Of a stretch of DNA of 64,000 bases, positions 1-12,362 are shown in pieces. Position 1 is the first letter of the stretch; each line of letters begins with the position of its first letter. The notes under the pieces were generated by a model that made no database searches, was not told where the DNA came from, and was given only the letters and a program-made list of their open reading frames with translations. The stretch covers positions 4,016,461 to 4,080,460 of the forward strand of contig BFEA01000041.1 in assembly GCA_003427395.1 (NCBI GenBank), in the 5' to 3' direction. Both the position numbers and the translations under genes were made by a program. The DNA is from Chara braunii (Eukaryota > Plantae > Charophyceae).

Positions 1-2710
1 TCGCTGCAGCTCTTGGGAATGGTGACTCCGCTAGCTGTTGCCAGCATCTCTGCAGTGCGCAGCTAATCTTCTTTCCTTCACCTGGTAGTACTCTTGTCCA
101 TCTTTGTGTAGCCGTCGTCAGCGGCGTGCGGGGGGGTTCCTGAACCTCATAACCCAAGTCCAGCGAGTATTCATCCAGCCTTACATGTTCTCCCCGTTGC
201 CCCCGGNTTCTCCACACCCATTGATTCGGGTCTGCCTTGAGTGTTGCGAGCGGGACCCCGGTATTCCAGAGCGCCACCTTCCATTCCCCATCCTCACTCA
301 CTGTCTCCCTCACCCTGATTTCGACTAAAGTGCCTTCTGGCCGAGAGCAGTGCTTCTCTTCCTCGCATAGACTCATATTAACTCATGCGCCCTCCGACTG
401 CCATTGTTGGAACTTCCTCCCTCCTTCCTCGCTAAGTTCCACCAGTTTCACGAAGTCACGAAGCTGTGGCCCTTCTGGGTCCTGCTCCTTCTTCACTTCG
501 TACCAAGTACCTACTGGGTTCGGTACTTCCGAAGAGATTATCTGTTTCCACTCGTGTGGGATACTCTCCAGCATTACACTTCCCCTCTGTCTGATGTTCC
601 TACCCGGTCTTAGGATGCTCTCTAGCTCCTCACTTGTTCACCAATCCCCTGTGAACGCATTCCAAAGATCTCTCAATCTTACCACCCCCGGCTTTATCCA
701 CGTCTTCCCAAAGCTGCCCGGTGTTGGGTTCGCCATCAGCATCATCCCTCTATCATCCCTGATACGTTGGTTCTAAAAAATGATCTGCGATAAAACTTCC
801 TCCTTTGTGTGCGGGTCACTGAGCATGCCCGACTTCACCCGTCTCCATGCTTGCAGGACCGCTTGCCAGAACTCAGATTTCAATTTACTCATGAGGCATG
901 ACTCAATCCAAACGCAGGCCCAAACGTCCGACCGCCTTACCAATTGCCATTCCCTGCTCAGGATGCGTTCTCCCAGCAGGATCCAGTGCTTATCGTTCTG
1001 TGTGATGATCGCTCTGACAACCCATCTGGCCAGCATAGCCAGATTTCTCCTGCCTGGGTCCATCATGCCCAACCCCCCTTCCCTTCTAGGAACGCATATC
1101 AACTCTCATGCTACCTTAGACATCACTCCCTCTCCTTCTTCCGCATCGGGCTTCCAGATGAACCTTGAGGCTTTCCTTCGTACCACTACCTGTGTCTTCT
1201 TCCCTAGCAGTCTCACATTCCCCACAAAGGTGAGGAGAGCGAAAAGTGCCACATTTACCACCAAGGCACATCCGAATAGTGACAGGTGCGGGGCTTTGGC
1301 CTTCAGGGCCTCCTCTGCTTCCTCCTTCGTAATTGGTCTGTCCAGGTCGAGGCGTCCCCGTGTGTGCAGCCTTACTGTCGTATTGTTCCAGTGATCTGAG
1401 TCGGCTGCTAGATCCGCATTTGCGCCTTCCCCCTGCCTTCTAGACGTTAGAATGTCTTGATAGTACAGTACTGCATACTTGCAAAGCTCCTCTGGTTCCA
1501 CCGCCACTGGTTCCCTGGAGTCGAAAGGGTGTCTGAGCTCTTTTAGTGCCGGAGAAGTTCTTGCAGGTGCTAACTTCTGGAAGGTTTCCCTGGATATCCT
1601 ATCATACACTTCCAGTCCCTTGACATTCAGTCTTTCTGCCCACACATCTGATTTCTCTTGCTGCTTCTCATCCCACTCAGCTAACCTTCTGACCCTCTCC
1701 TTTCCCTACGTAAAATCAGAGATAGGGTGCCTCTGCATTTTCTCCTCTGCCTCCTGTACTTTCTTCCGTAGTTTCCTCTCTTCCTTGTTCCTGGTCAATG
1801 CAAGCATCCTAGAGAAGACATCTAGCAGCTTCGACATGATCCTTGAGCCCACTTCCCACCACTCTGCTACCGTAGCAAACCGCTCTTTTTGCTTTTGCCA
1901 CCGTTCCCAGAACCCTTGTGTCCACTGGTTTAACCCTTCGCACTGCAGATTCTGCGTGTTAAGCTTAAAGTAGCCCCTGCCTCTCTTGAACTCTTTTGCA
2001 AGATTGAAGAAACCAATTACCGGTTTATGATCCGAGACCGGGTTGTTGGCCTCCTCCACGTTGATCACCTGCTTCTTTAGGCTCCCTCCCACTAGCAGGT
2101 AATCCAGTCTCCTGCCTCTCCCCCTGTGCGAGAACCAGGTGTAACCCGGTTCCGCTGGTCGCAGTTCCCTGTACACATCCTGCAAATCCAAGTCCAGCAT
2201 CATGTCCACCAGAGCGAGGACGTCCTTGGCGCACCCTTGATCTCTTTGATCCGACGGGGAGTCCAGAACTGTGTTCCAGTCTCTGCCGATGATGATCTCG
2301 TCCACGTCTGGAAGGCACACTTGCAGTTCATCCAAAAAAACCATTCTTTCCTTCCTTCTTGTCGGGGCATAAACCGAGGCTACAACCCACGTAACTTCAC
2401 CGTGCCTCAGAGTCACCCAGGCCCAACGGCCCCAGAGGTCTGCATAATAGTCCACTATTTGCACCGCCAAGTCCCTGTGGATTAATATCCCCACCCCACC
2501 CCTAGTCCTTTGCGTCGAAGACCAAATTTGCGGCCCATCCTACTATCTCCCTAGTTCCCCCAGTTTCTCATTGTCTAGCTTCGACTCTTGCAGACAGGCT
2601 ATCTGAATCCTGTTCTCGTGTAACCAAGATTTGACCCTCGTCCATTTGCTTCTTCCGGTAGTGTCTCCGAATTCCTGCAGATTCCGCGTTGCGATCTTTA
2701 CTCTATCCAT
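1..2710 (-). pseudogene. LINE A ORF2: APE endonuclease plus C-terminal region, RT missing
   Basis: APE in 1706..2494. ORF 1106..1645 jumps from LDRPITKEEAEEALKA directly to KAPHLSL. Confidence 0.85.
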
Positions 2711-5020
2711 TCACTCTGGCTGCTCCATTCTGCTATTGGATGTGAGCATTTGTCGAGCGATCTTCCGACCATCTCTGTGTGAGGGTTGTCCTTATAAAAT
2801 TGGAATCCAGCTTCTTCTCCTTGGGCAGCCTCATCTTCAGTTCGGCTAGTGCGTCTGCCGTCACCATAATCGGTGGGATCGTGAGTCTCGCCAGTTCCTG
2901 CTTCTTAGCTTCTGCAAAAACCGCCAACGAAATTAACCTCAAGCCGAGTGGTTCAAGCTCTGCCAACTTCTGTTCTGTCAGTCTGGCGTCCACCTGGGGA
3001 GCGTATAACTTCACTTTGTTTCCTGTCGGCCCGAAGAGAATCCTGGGCATCATCACATCTGGGATGATCCTCATTGGGATAGAGTCCAGGTACAAATTCC
3101 TCAGACAACTCTCTATGTCAATCGTCGATGGCAGCTCCGTCACCGCTTGTCCAAAGATTAATGACGGGCCCGTACCCCTTTGCCACGTAACTACCCATAA
3201 GGAACTCCTGAACGCCGTGCACACGAGGGGCACTAAGTACTGTGAGAGGTCCGTACTTAAGTCCCGTGAAGTTGCGAGTCTTCGGTCCCTCATTGTCTTC
3301 TGACCTGGCGTCACCATCCCTACCTCCTAACTCACCGACCTTTCGGACCCACTCCGTGACAGCCTTGATGCTCTCAAAGGTTCGGGCGTGACTCCAAGTT
3401 GAGACGCCATGCTTAATCTTCTCTGTTTCCCTGGGCCTCGAGGTTTGCTTGTGGAGCCGCCTGGATATGCACTTGGTCCCGGTTGTGAGCCACCGATCCC
3501 GCCTCTTGTACCTCCCCCTGGAGGTTGAGTTGCAACCGACTGCCCCTGACCTCCTCCCCCCCCCAAGGCTATCGATGCTGGTGGCTGTGAATTGCCTCCC
3601 ATCTGGCTTCCTGCTGACACTCCTCCCTATGGCAACATCATGCCGGCCCAAAGGGCCGGATGTATGATGTTTGCCATCAGCCAATCTGTCGGTACTGCTC
3701 CCCCTTGCCATGCCAACGGGTGATCGCCGTTAAAATTAGGCATCCCGTATTGTCCTTGATTGATCTGTTGGCCTTGGTTGCTGAGCTGTCCGCTACGGCC
3801 AGACGTTGCTCCTGCGAAACCTCCCCATAACTGTCCCTGTGGGGGCCGCCTACTTGATAACCTCCTTGTGCCACGCTATAGAAGCCCTGAGATCCGATCG
3901 GCCCGACGCCTTGCATCAACCCCCCTAGTCCTCCTGGACAGCCGTTCCCCAAATGCCCCTGTAGCTCATTTCCTCCTCGCGAGCCATGCGGCGAGAAGGC
4001 CGGATTGTTGCGAATGAAGACAGCGTGGCTTGCTGCTCCCGACGGGGCTTGCGTCCCACTCCTTGGGCCGAGTGGACCCTGGTACCCTAAAGGGATCTGC
4101 GAAGGGGTCCGCTGCTGCCAATCGTTACCGTGATGCCCTTGCGACGCTCCCCCTTCATCCGTTCTCTGTCCACCTTTCCTTCTGCACTCTTGTTCCATGT
4201 GAAAGAACTGCCTGCAGGTCTTACACCTGACTGTGTCCGCTGTCGCTAATTTTATCTCCAGAATGTCTCCCTTCGGCGTTTCTACCCTGATGACGTCCAT
4301 GTTCGGGCGGGCCTCTGGAACGAGGTCAAACTTGGCGTTGACTAACGCCGGTCTCAACGGGTCTGCATCTGTTGGATGCGCCAGGGGGATCTTTCCTATT
4401 GCCATCTCGATTTGCGTGTAAATGAATGGCATATCATCGAGCGGCACTTGAAGTGCCATCACCCAAAAGACCCTATCCTCCTCCTACTTCCTCAATTCCT
4501 TGAACTCCGCTCGCGTCATCCGTGGTTTGAATAGTACCTTATAGGATTCATTCATGAGGTTAACTTCCACTGACTGCTCTGCTATCATATATTCAGCAAC
4601 CTCCCTTGCCTTCGCCAAATAAGACGCTACCCCTGGTCCTTCAATCTTAATCCTCCCTCTCCTCTGGTTTTGTGGCAGCACCTCGTTTCCAAGGATCCAA
4701 CCATCCTCGAATGCCCTTACCAAGTCATCTTTGATTTTCCTTGGCAAAAATCTCGCTGCGTCTCTATAAATAATAGTCACGGTACGCTCCTTCAACCACT
4801 TCACCTTAATATCATTGAGGGACGTGTTTAATTTAAACCTGACTTCCCTCCCCTTTACTATCATTTCTCCCGGATCAATTTCCGTTGGGTACACACCGTC
4901 ATCAAAGCAGTGTGCTAATAGACTCCTTATCCTATCTTCGTCCTCCCAGTAGTCCTTCTCCTCATAGGGACCTGGTGGTGGGGATCTCCCTGTCGCCATC
5001 TGGGCCGGCGTGGCCTCCAT
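2702..5020 (-). pseudogene. LINE A ORF1 (gag-like, CCHC knuckle, conserved C-terminal domain), broken by stops/frameshifts
   Basis: ORFs 4484..5020, 3677..4462 and 2733..3317 align by eye with 39646..39894, 39109..39597, 38098..38922 and 37823..38068. Confidence 0.85.
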
Positions 5021-5173
5021 CTCGCTACTCTTCTAGCTGCTCTAAATGCTTCCTCTCTCTCGGCTTACCTCGAGTTTGCACCCTTGACCGAACAGAGAAC
5101 TTCCTCTTCTTCTTCATGGGCCGGGGGTACACGCTTCCTCCTCCTATCGTCCACTCCTATGGCTGACCATGCG

Positions 5174-5683
5174 TGTAACATAGTAATTCCAAAATTGCGT
5201 GTAACGTTATCTCACCGAATGTTACCTAATCTAAAGGCTATTTCAATGAATCTTCACTGCGGGTTCTCGACTTTAGTTTGTTTGGTAAATGTCGAAGGTT
5301 GGGGGTTGTTCGTAGAAGGCAACGAAACTGTTGGAGGTAGTGGGAGACCTAATAGTTGTGGGAATGTTGTTGACCTACTATGGCACAACTGAATAGCATT
5401 TAGCTGTCAAGAGAGCATACTTGGGGTTGTACCCATTGAGATCGAGGGTGCCTGGGAGATGGCAGTTCCTACAGAGGTTCAAGGGTGCAAGGTGGGAAAC
5501 CTCGTCACGGCAACCCAGGTTCCCCACGACTACTAGCTGCTCTGTCGGGCCAGTATTGGTGCTGTATTCCTTCGGTGGAAATTACTTGATCTGCTTGTTG
5601 GGCGAATCTTTTTCTTCAACTCTTCAGATTCCTTTCTAGTTCACAATCTTTTATTTGGCTTTGTTCATTAGGGTTTAGTTACA
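5174..5683. mobile_element. Possible solo LTR (TGTAAC...GTTACA)
   Basis: Inverted 6-bp termini at 5174 (or 5200) and 5678-5683; no clean 5-bp TSD. Confidence 0.3.
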
Positions 5684-6249
5684 CCATGACTATTATAATT
5701 TCAAATGGCGGTTTGCCGTTTTTTGGCCATCTGCATAGGCTGGACTTATAGGCTTGCTACAGATTTTTCGAACATGGATTTTGAATTGGTGTCAGTTTAA
5801 GGGTCCTGTCGATTTAGACATTTACAATTCCATAGGGATAGCTGGTTTCTCAGCTCTGGTGCTTCACGCTCGGAAATGCTTTTGAAATCGTTTTAGGTTG
5901 TCGGATACGTATTAAGACATTTTTACTGCGCTTCAGGGGAATTTTTTAAGAAGCTTCTTTGAGATAGCAGAGTGAGAAAATGGGACACTGGACCCAATTT
6001 CCAGTTCTGTCGAAGTTGGGTAATGGCCCCAGTATGTTCATTCGGGTTCAATTGTGAGGTCCCCAGCCTCTCTGAACTTCTATTATTTGTAACAAAGGTG
6101 ACCAACTTCTATAAAATTAAAAAAAAAAAAAAAAAAAAAAAATCAGCCCTACTTGATATTGAGGGGTATATCACACCAACTTTTACTTCACTGATCGGAT
6201 TTCTTACTGTGCGTATCCCAATCCTCTTCTAGCCTATAACAGTATTATC

Positions 6250-8975
6250 TCCGGCTAAATCGACGGAGTGCATCCACTTCGGATCCGTACCCACCGTGAC
6301 ACTCTCATCCCCTGCTCTCCTTCTTGCCTCCTACCACGGATGTAGCAACCAAATGTCCTGGTTGTTCTAGCTAGCCAACCAAGTAGAAAATTGCAGAAAC
6401 GACCTATTTTCAATTTGTACCAATTTTCCACCAACGGCCCAGGTTTCCCCAAACCAGGCTCGACCCTGAGCTTTTGTCGAACTCTTGCTTACTTTACGTC
6501 TCCAATCTGCCGCGGTTGTCTGGTGCGTCAGAGCCTTCAGGGTGTTTTTCATTTCCTGGTCCGCCATGTCTTCAAGATCATCTTTGAAGACTTTCTTATT
6601 CCTCCCTTGTTAGATAACCCAAATAATAACCGACCGAAGTACTTGTGCTACATACACCCACCCTTGGTCAAGCGAAAGTCCTTTCGGTATTCCTCCCAGG
6701 AGTACCCACTGTCAGTCCCACGGAAAAATTGTTGTTAGATATGGAGCGCTCGTGTTTGGCCCACCAGTCCCAGATGCGGGCTGACGTCGGGCAGTCCCAC
6801 CACAGATGAGTGGTGGATTCGTATTCCCGCTGGCATCTGACGCACATTGTGTCCACCTTGACTCCTCGATTTGTCAGCCAGACTACCGATGGAGTTGCCA
6901 AGAAGGAGAGGAGCCATAATACCGTTGTCAGGCGTTGTGATGACATTAGTATGAGATGAGACCAGCAGCGGTTTATTGTCCTGATGACTTCCTTTGCATT
7001 TACTCGAGTCACTCGCAACCATCTCTATGTCGCCATGTTTTTTGGGGTCTTGACTGGTTTTTGCATCCCTCCTTCTCCACCTCCACTGTGCTAGGTCGGC
7101 TCTGAGTCTGGCTATCGAGAGCCCATTTGCATAGAGTTTCATTGCCCATTGGCATGCATAATCACATTTCTCCTTAACTCTGATTTGTGTCATTATTGGT
7201 GGGGGGCGGGGAAGACCTTTTCCTTCTTCCAATTGTACGAGCTTCACTGAGTGTTATCGACCTATTCTTGACCATTGTTGAAACTTTTGTCTCCCTGATT
7301 TCTCGAATTCTACCAGCTTCCAGAAGATGCCCGATTGTTCAACCACTGTATCAACAAACCATGTGCCTAGTAGGTCCATGTTTGTCGAACTGAGCAGATG
7401 TCTCCACTCTACTGGGATGGCCTCCTTTATTAATGTCAAATTCACCTCAGCTCCTTCCATGCCTTCCAATTTCTCCTTCATCCTTCCGATTGGGATCCAG
7501 TTGCCTTGGTATTCGTCCCACGGGTCCCTGATTCTCACCACCCCTCTTTCTATCCAAACTCTTTTAAAATCCCCTTCTTTCTGTCTATTGTAAGCCACTC
7601 TTCTGTCCATGTTCTGATATGCAGATTCTCGAATAAGATCCGTATAAGAACTTCTTGCTTGGCCACCGGTGTGGTCCACTTGTTTGGTTTCACTTTACTC
7701 CATGCCTTCAGGATGCCGTTCCAAAACTCCGATAAGCAGTCCCTTCGCAGATAGGACTCCACCCATATGCATGCCCAGATGTCTTCAGGGCGTCGGAGGT
7801 TCCATGCTTTGGTCAAAATCTTTTATGCGAGTAAGACCCAATGTTGATCATTTGTTGAGCTGATGATCCGGATTACCCAGTTGGCCAGCGTGACCTTGTT
7901 TTGTTTGTCTGGGTCTTTGAGCCCTAGTCCTCCTTTTTGATGAAAGCAGATATGATCCCAAGCTACCTTGAGCATGCACCCCTTGCCTTGTTTCGCGAAA
8001 GGTTTCCAAATGAAGTGGGCGGATCGACGTTTGATTATCGTTCGTGCTTTCCGACACAAAGGCCGGATCTTTTCGACGTACCACAGTAGCGGTAACTCGT
8101 GTCGTCCTCGAGTTGTCTCTAAAAGGTTGAAAACCTAAGTTTCTCCTGCGTGATGCGGCCGGGAGGGCCCTCGCTCGCGCGGGGGCCGATGCGCTCGACA
8201 GCAGGAACAGTGCTACGTTGACTAATATGGCCCTTCCCATCAGGGAGAGGTGAGGAACCTTTCCCCACATGGAGATTCTATTCGCCACCTTCTATTGTGA
8301 CAACTCGTTTTGGTCCACTCCACAGGAGAGGAGTGCGACATGGACACCCAGAAACCTTTCTAATTGGTGACCAAGAATACGTTTCATACCCCACTCGACT
8401 TTGAGGTTATATGGGCTTGGAAGCAGAAACACTGATTTCGACCAGTTGATGGCTGCCTATGATACCTCTTCATATTCTTTCAAGCACAACCTCAGTGCTC
8501 GCAACGAATCTTTTGTGTTTTCTGCTACTACTAATAAGTCGTCTGTGAGGGTCTTAACCGACATTCCCGTCCGCGGGTGGGGAGACCTACCATAGCCAAA
8601 GTACTGCGAATATGAGATAATATTGTTTCTAATTGCACTACAAATAGTAACGACGCCACTAGGCAACCTTCTCGAAGCGAACGAGTTTGGAGAAATATTT
8701 TGGAGAAGTGTTCGTTTACCATCATGGCCGTTGTGGAAAATTAGTATAGCACTATAACCCATTGACGTAAATGTTTCCTAAATTTTAAACAGTGTAACGT
8801 GGTCAGAACGCCTGACCAGTTGTCCCGGTCATACGTTTTTTCCATGTCGAGCAGAAGAATTGCAAATTTTTTTGGTCCTCTTGTATCAGCTCCATGACCT
8901 CTATTGTTGTAGTGATGCTGTCCAAGACGAAGGGTCCTCTAACAAAGGTTGTCTGGTCTTGCATGATCTTCCTTC
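6250..8975 (-). mobile_element. 5'-truncated LINE copy B (RT plus zf-RVT C-terminus), heavily frameshifted
   Basis: QDQTTFVRG, RSLREGC..LLF, LTDD, WGKVPHLSLMGR, KGGLG and CVRCQREYESTTHLWWDC across ORFs 8803..9051 to 6367..6567. Confidence 0.9.
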
Positions 8976-9052
8976 GTTTTTTTTTTTTTTTTTTTAACGA
9001 ATCGTTATTGAATGTGGAAGTTAAAAATATTCTGATGGTTTGTAACTCCATA

Positions 9053-9053
<1 letters not shown>

Positions 9054-9102
<49 letters not shown>

Positions 9103-9140
9103 CCGGGCAGTTCTATTTGACGATATATATATATATATAT
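9054..9140. repeat. (AT)n microsatellites
   Basis: Direct reading. Confidence 0.95.
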
Positions 9141-9239
9141 ACAAGATAAATCGTGTTAAAAATGTAAAAGAAAGATAGAAACAAAAAAATACGGGAGGAT
9201 GAAATGATTGTTGTCAATTCGCTTGAGTTTTTGCTACGC

Positions 9240-9496
9240 TCAATTGAGATTGATTAATCAATCAATCATTTAAACAATCAATTAATATACTTATAATTAA
9301 TCAATCGAGCGATTGATCAATTCATCAATTAATCGATCAATCGATTGATAAAAAAAATCAATCAATAAATCAAATCATCAAATGATCAATCGATCAAACA
9401 ATCAAGCGATCAATTAATCAACCAACCAAACGATTGATTAAAACAGTCCATAAATCAATCAATGGATCGACCAATCAACAAATTGGTCGATCAATT

Positions 9497-9544
<48 letters not shown>

Positions 9545-9590
9545 TATTGATCGGTTAGTCAATCAGTTGATCAGTTGATCGATCAATCGA
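9240..9590. repeat. Degenerate (AATC)n satellite
   Basis: Perfect (aatc)n ~9497-9544 within a degenerate aatc/gatc array. Confidence 0.9.
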
Positions 9591-9741
9591 TGAACAACTG
9601 TAGAAAATGTATGATGTATGAGAGAATTTCATATGCAGACTGCTATGAGATAAATTTTTGGTGCGCAGCGGAGTTGCAGTGATATCTTACCAAAATAATA
9701 TTCATTTGGTTTCTTGCGAAGTAAGTTTTGAGTTTAAACTG

Positions 9742-10260
9742 CAAGGTGTTCGGGAAAGGCCGAACGCCCGAGCCAAAACTTCTGAACGTACGGGACCCCT
9801 TGGGGATGCGTTCGGCCGTTCGAACCGAACGTGAAAAGTAAAATAAAATATTATGAATAAAAATAAATTATACAACATTTACCTAAGCATTACATGCAAA
9901 TTCCTTACCAAATTTGAAATAAAAGTAAAATACAAAAAATAAAATTAATAAAAAAATACAAATAAACTTAAAATGAGTATGTGAGCGAACACGTTTTCGA
10001 CACCGCCATCTTTGGCTATTTTTTAATTTTTTTGGCACAGTGAAATGACTTAAAAATTTACAAATATGTACTTCATGTAATACAAAATTCATTAAGAAAA
10101 TTTTAAAAGTAATAAAATTGTTTAGGCCCAACAATAAAGTGAAAATAAAAAATAAAAAGTGGAAAATATACCAAATAGTGAGTGGGCGAGAACGTTTTGA
10201 CATCGCTGTCTAGCGCATCGGCTCCCACCTTTTTTGCAAAGGTCGGGAGCCCTCCCGACC
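9742..10260 (+). mobile_element. Possible DNA-transposon terminal fragment (hAT-like)
   Basis: CAAGGTGTTCGG start with repeated ccgaacg/cgttcgg subterminal motifs, then an AT-rich body; no second end found. Confidence 0.25.
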
Positions 10261-10261
10261 A

Positions 10262-11250
10262 TGTCACGCACGAGTTTAACAAAATCAAAATTCAGACACA
10301 ACGTGGGAACGACGCCTAACTAATCCCGCGAGCCGCCGAGACGACCGTTGTTGCGTCGTCCCTTTGCCGCTCTGGCCGGGTGCGCCAACTGTACATCCCG
10401 CAGTTCCCTACGACAGGATAGGTTCCCGCGGGGTATAAGTTTTCCTTCCCTAAGGGGCTGTCACCACCCTTAGGGGCATATCCCTGTCGAGCTACTGACC
10501 CACATGTGAAGACTTTTAAATGCAATCGCAGAGGTAGATCAGTCGAGGGCGTTTGCTTATTTGTCGTAGTATAGGTACGCCTGGTTAACGCCAAGCGAAC
10601 CCGGTCGTCACTCGTCCCTAGGGTGCTGATCTCCTAAGAACGAAGCGGACGCCAGTCGACTAGGACGGGCTCAACCAAGCGTGAAACCCAAATCTTCCTA
10701 GTCCCTTAGACACACCGTCAAAAGAAAATTGTAACAACCATACATAGTTACATCAAAAGTAATCGACAGTAGTCGATAGGACGGTATGTCCAACCTGAAA
10801 CGATAACTAAAAAAAATCAAATCTTAATTTAATACATCCAATACCACAAAATCAAAATACAATTAGACCATCTCAGGTCGAATACCACAAAACAATCAAA
10901 CAACCGCCGACAAGGAGTTGAATATCGAAAGTAACATTGGCAGCATCAATGTTATTTTCGATATTCAACTCCTTGTTGACGGTTGTTTGATTGTTTTGTG
11001 ATGTTCGGCCTGAGATGGTCGAATTGTATTTTGATTTTGTGATATTGGATGTATTAAATGAAGATTTGATTTTGGTCGGCAACCATGCCGACTTTACAAT
11101 CATCAACGAAAGGAGAGATCACACGCACCTTAAATATGTGCGCCCACACGCTCGTTGTTTCTAGTCAACCACTTAGCCAACATAATTGAAACACAACCAC
11201 GACTCACACGGTGTACTCAGACTCTGAACTAAAATTATTTTATGTCACTT
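10262..11250. mobile_element. Possible LTR fragment of an unrelated Gypsy element
   Basis: Begins TGTCACGC (Gypsy-like LTR edge); non-coding; partner LTR not in window. Confidence 0.3.
10813..11073. repeat. ~260-bp near-perfect foldback palindrome (MITE-like hairpin)
   Basis: Arm aaaatcaaatctt...aaagtaacattg is the reverse complement of caatgttattt...aagatttgatttt, with a loop of a few nt at ~10940-10947. Confidence 0.9.
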
Positions 11251-11264
11251 AAAAAAAATCAGGG

Positions 11265-11678
11265 CAGGTACCCTTGTAAGGGTATTTGCACCGATAACGG
11301 CCCTTGCACATCCGAGATGCTTGTGAAATTCCTCTATTCTGCCCGTCGTGAAATACGGGTTTAGGAGTTCAACGTGCATGTGAGCCGGTGGGTGATTAGC
11401 CCACGAGGCGGAAGAAACCTGAGTGGCAGGAACTCTCTGCAAGTGCGTCATCCACCAACCACGATCTCCAATGAAATGTTTGATTGTGAGCATGTCCGCA
11501 GGGACCCGAAAGACGATGAACTATGCCTGAGCAAGGAGAAACTAAAGGAAACTTTAGAGGAGGCTCGCGACGATATAGACGTGCAAATCGTTCGTCAGTC
11601 TTGAGTATAGGGGCAAAAGACTAATCGGACCATTTAGTAGCAGGTTCCCTCTGAAGTTTCCTCAGGATAGTGGGAGTT
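11265..11678 (+). pseudogene. Degenerate 28S (LSU) rRNA fragment, D2-D3 region
   Basis: Matches conserved LSU blocks: cccgtc.tgaaa.acgg, gggacccgaaaga.g.tgaactatgcctga, gacgtgcaaatcgttcgtc, tataggggc.aaagactaatcg, gaagttt.cctcaggatag; many transitions. Confidence 0.92.
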
Positions 11679-11869
11679 GTTGGACAACCAAGTGCACGGT
11701 TGTGCAACCGTCATGGTGCGTTGTGAAGCGGAGTTGGCGTCAACGAGCACGAAGAAGAGGATAAGGAAGAAGAAGGAAGACTGAAGAACGCATGTCAGGA
11801 ATCAAGCAAGGGAAGGCTCTAGAATTGGGTTTTAGGCTCGGGTGAACTAGGTGGTGTGGTTAGCTTGGG

Positions 11870-12362
11870 AGGACAACTAGTAGGAGAAGAGGAAGAAGCG
11901 AACGGGACTACGTAGAGATGTCGAACAGATGGATGTGGCGGAGTGGGATTTGCCTATCTCACTCGATTTCGTTGCTAAAGTTGGCAGATAGTCCACAAGT
12001 TGAGATAGGAATGTGAGGGTCTCGTAAGCGACAGTCGCTCGTCCTCCTTCGGTGATCTCCCCACAGAGGATACCAACTAAGGTGTCGTCGGTCTCCGCCT
12101 CCTCTGATCATGCTTGCGCTAGCACTAGTGAGATCTCGTTATAGATTTCAAAGTCCTGGTTGCTATAATACCGTGCCCAATGGCACTTCATCGTTAGCAT
12201 GCATACGCTGACTGTCGCAAACTTAGTCCACTTGCGGATGTAAGAAGGATGGAAGGGAGGGATTGGAGCGGGGCGAATTTCCAAGGTTAGAAGGGGATCG
12301 GCCCAAGATGGCCTGAGAGTTGGAAGATAGGAAGGGAGAGAAAAGGGAGAGAAGCGATTCAT
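11870..12362 (-). pseudogene. Gypsy 1 extra ORF4, unknown function, probable premature stop at 12108
   Basis: ATG overlaps the ORF3 stop (ATGA at 12359-12362); the frame continues SEEAETDDTLVGILCGEI... past the stop. Confidence 0.4.

Larger units (their letters stand above)
1..5170 (-). mobile_element. L1/Tx1-like LINE copy A, decayed, RT domain deleted, 3' end beyond window start
   Basis: ORF1 pieces 5020-2733 with Zn knuckle CKTCRQFFHMEQEC. ORF2 from ATG at 2710 has APE motifs (SVYAP, GRDWN, LDYLL, SDHKPV) and post-RT segments (EGGLG, FIWK). Colinear with the LINE at 33300-40100. Confidence 0.9.

Noticed and set aside
237-3303. Long plus-strand ORFs opposite LINE ORFs (likewise opposite the Gypsy and giant ORFs)
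   Set aside because: Antisense shadows of coding sequence with no independent motifs
9240-9590. CRISPR-like or telomeric array
   Set aside because: Simple degenerate AATC satellite with no spacers; not TTTAGGG
10600-10690. ctgat...gaaac hammerhead-like spacing
   Set aside because: Core reads CTGATCT rather than CTGANGA, and helices are not supported
11265-11678. Functional rRNA gene
   Set aside because: Only ~400 nt, with substitutions in universally conserved positions and no flanking rDNA
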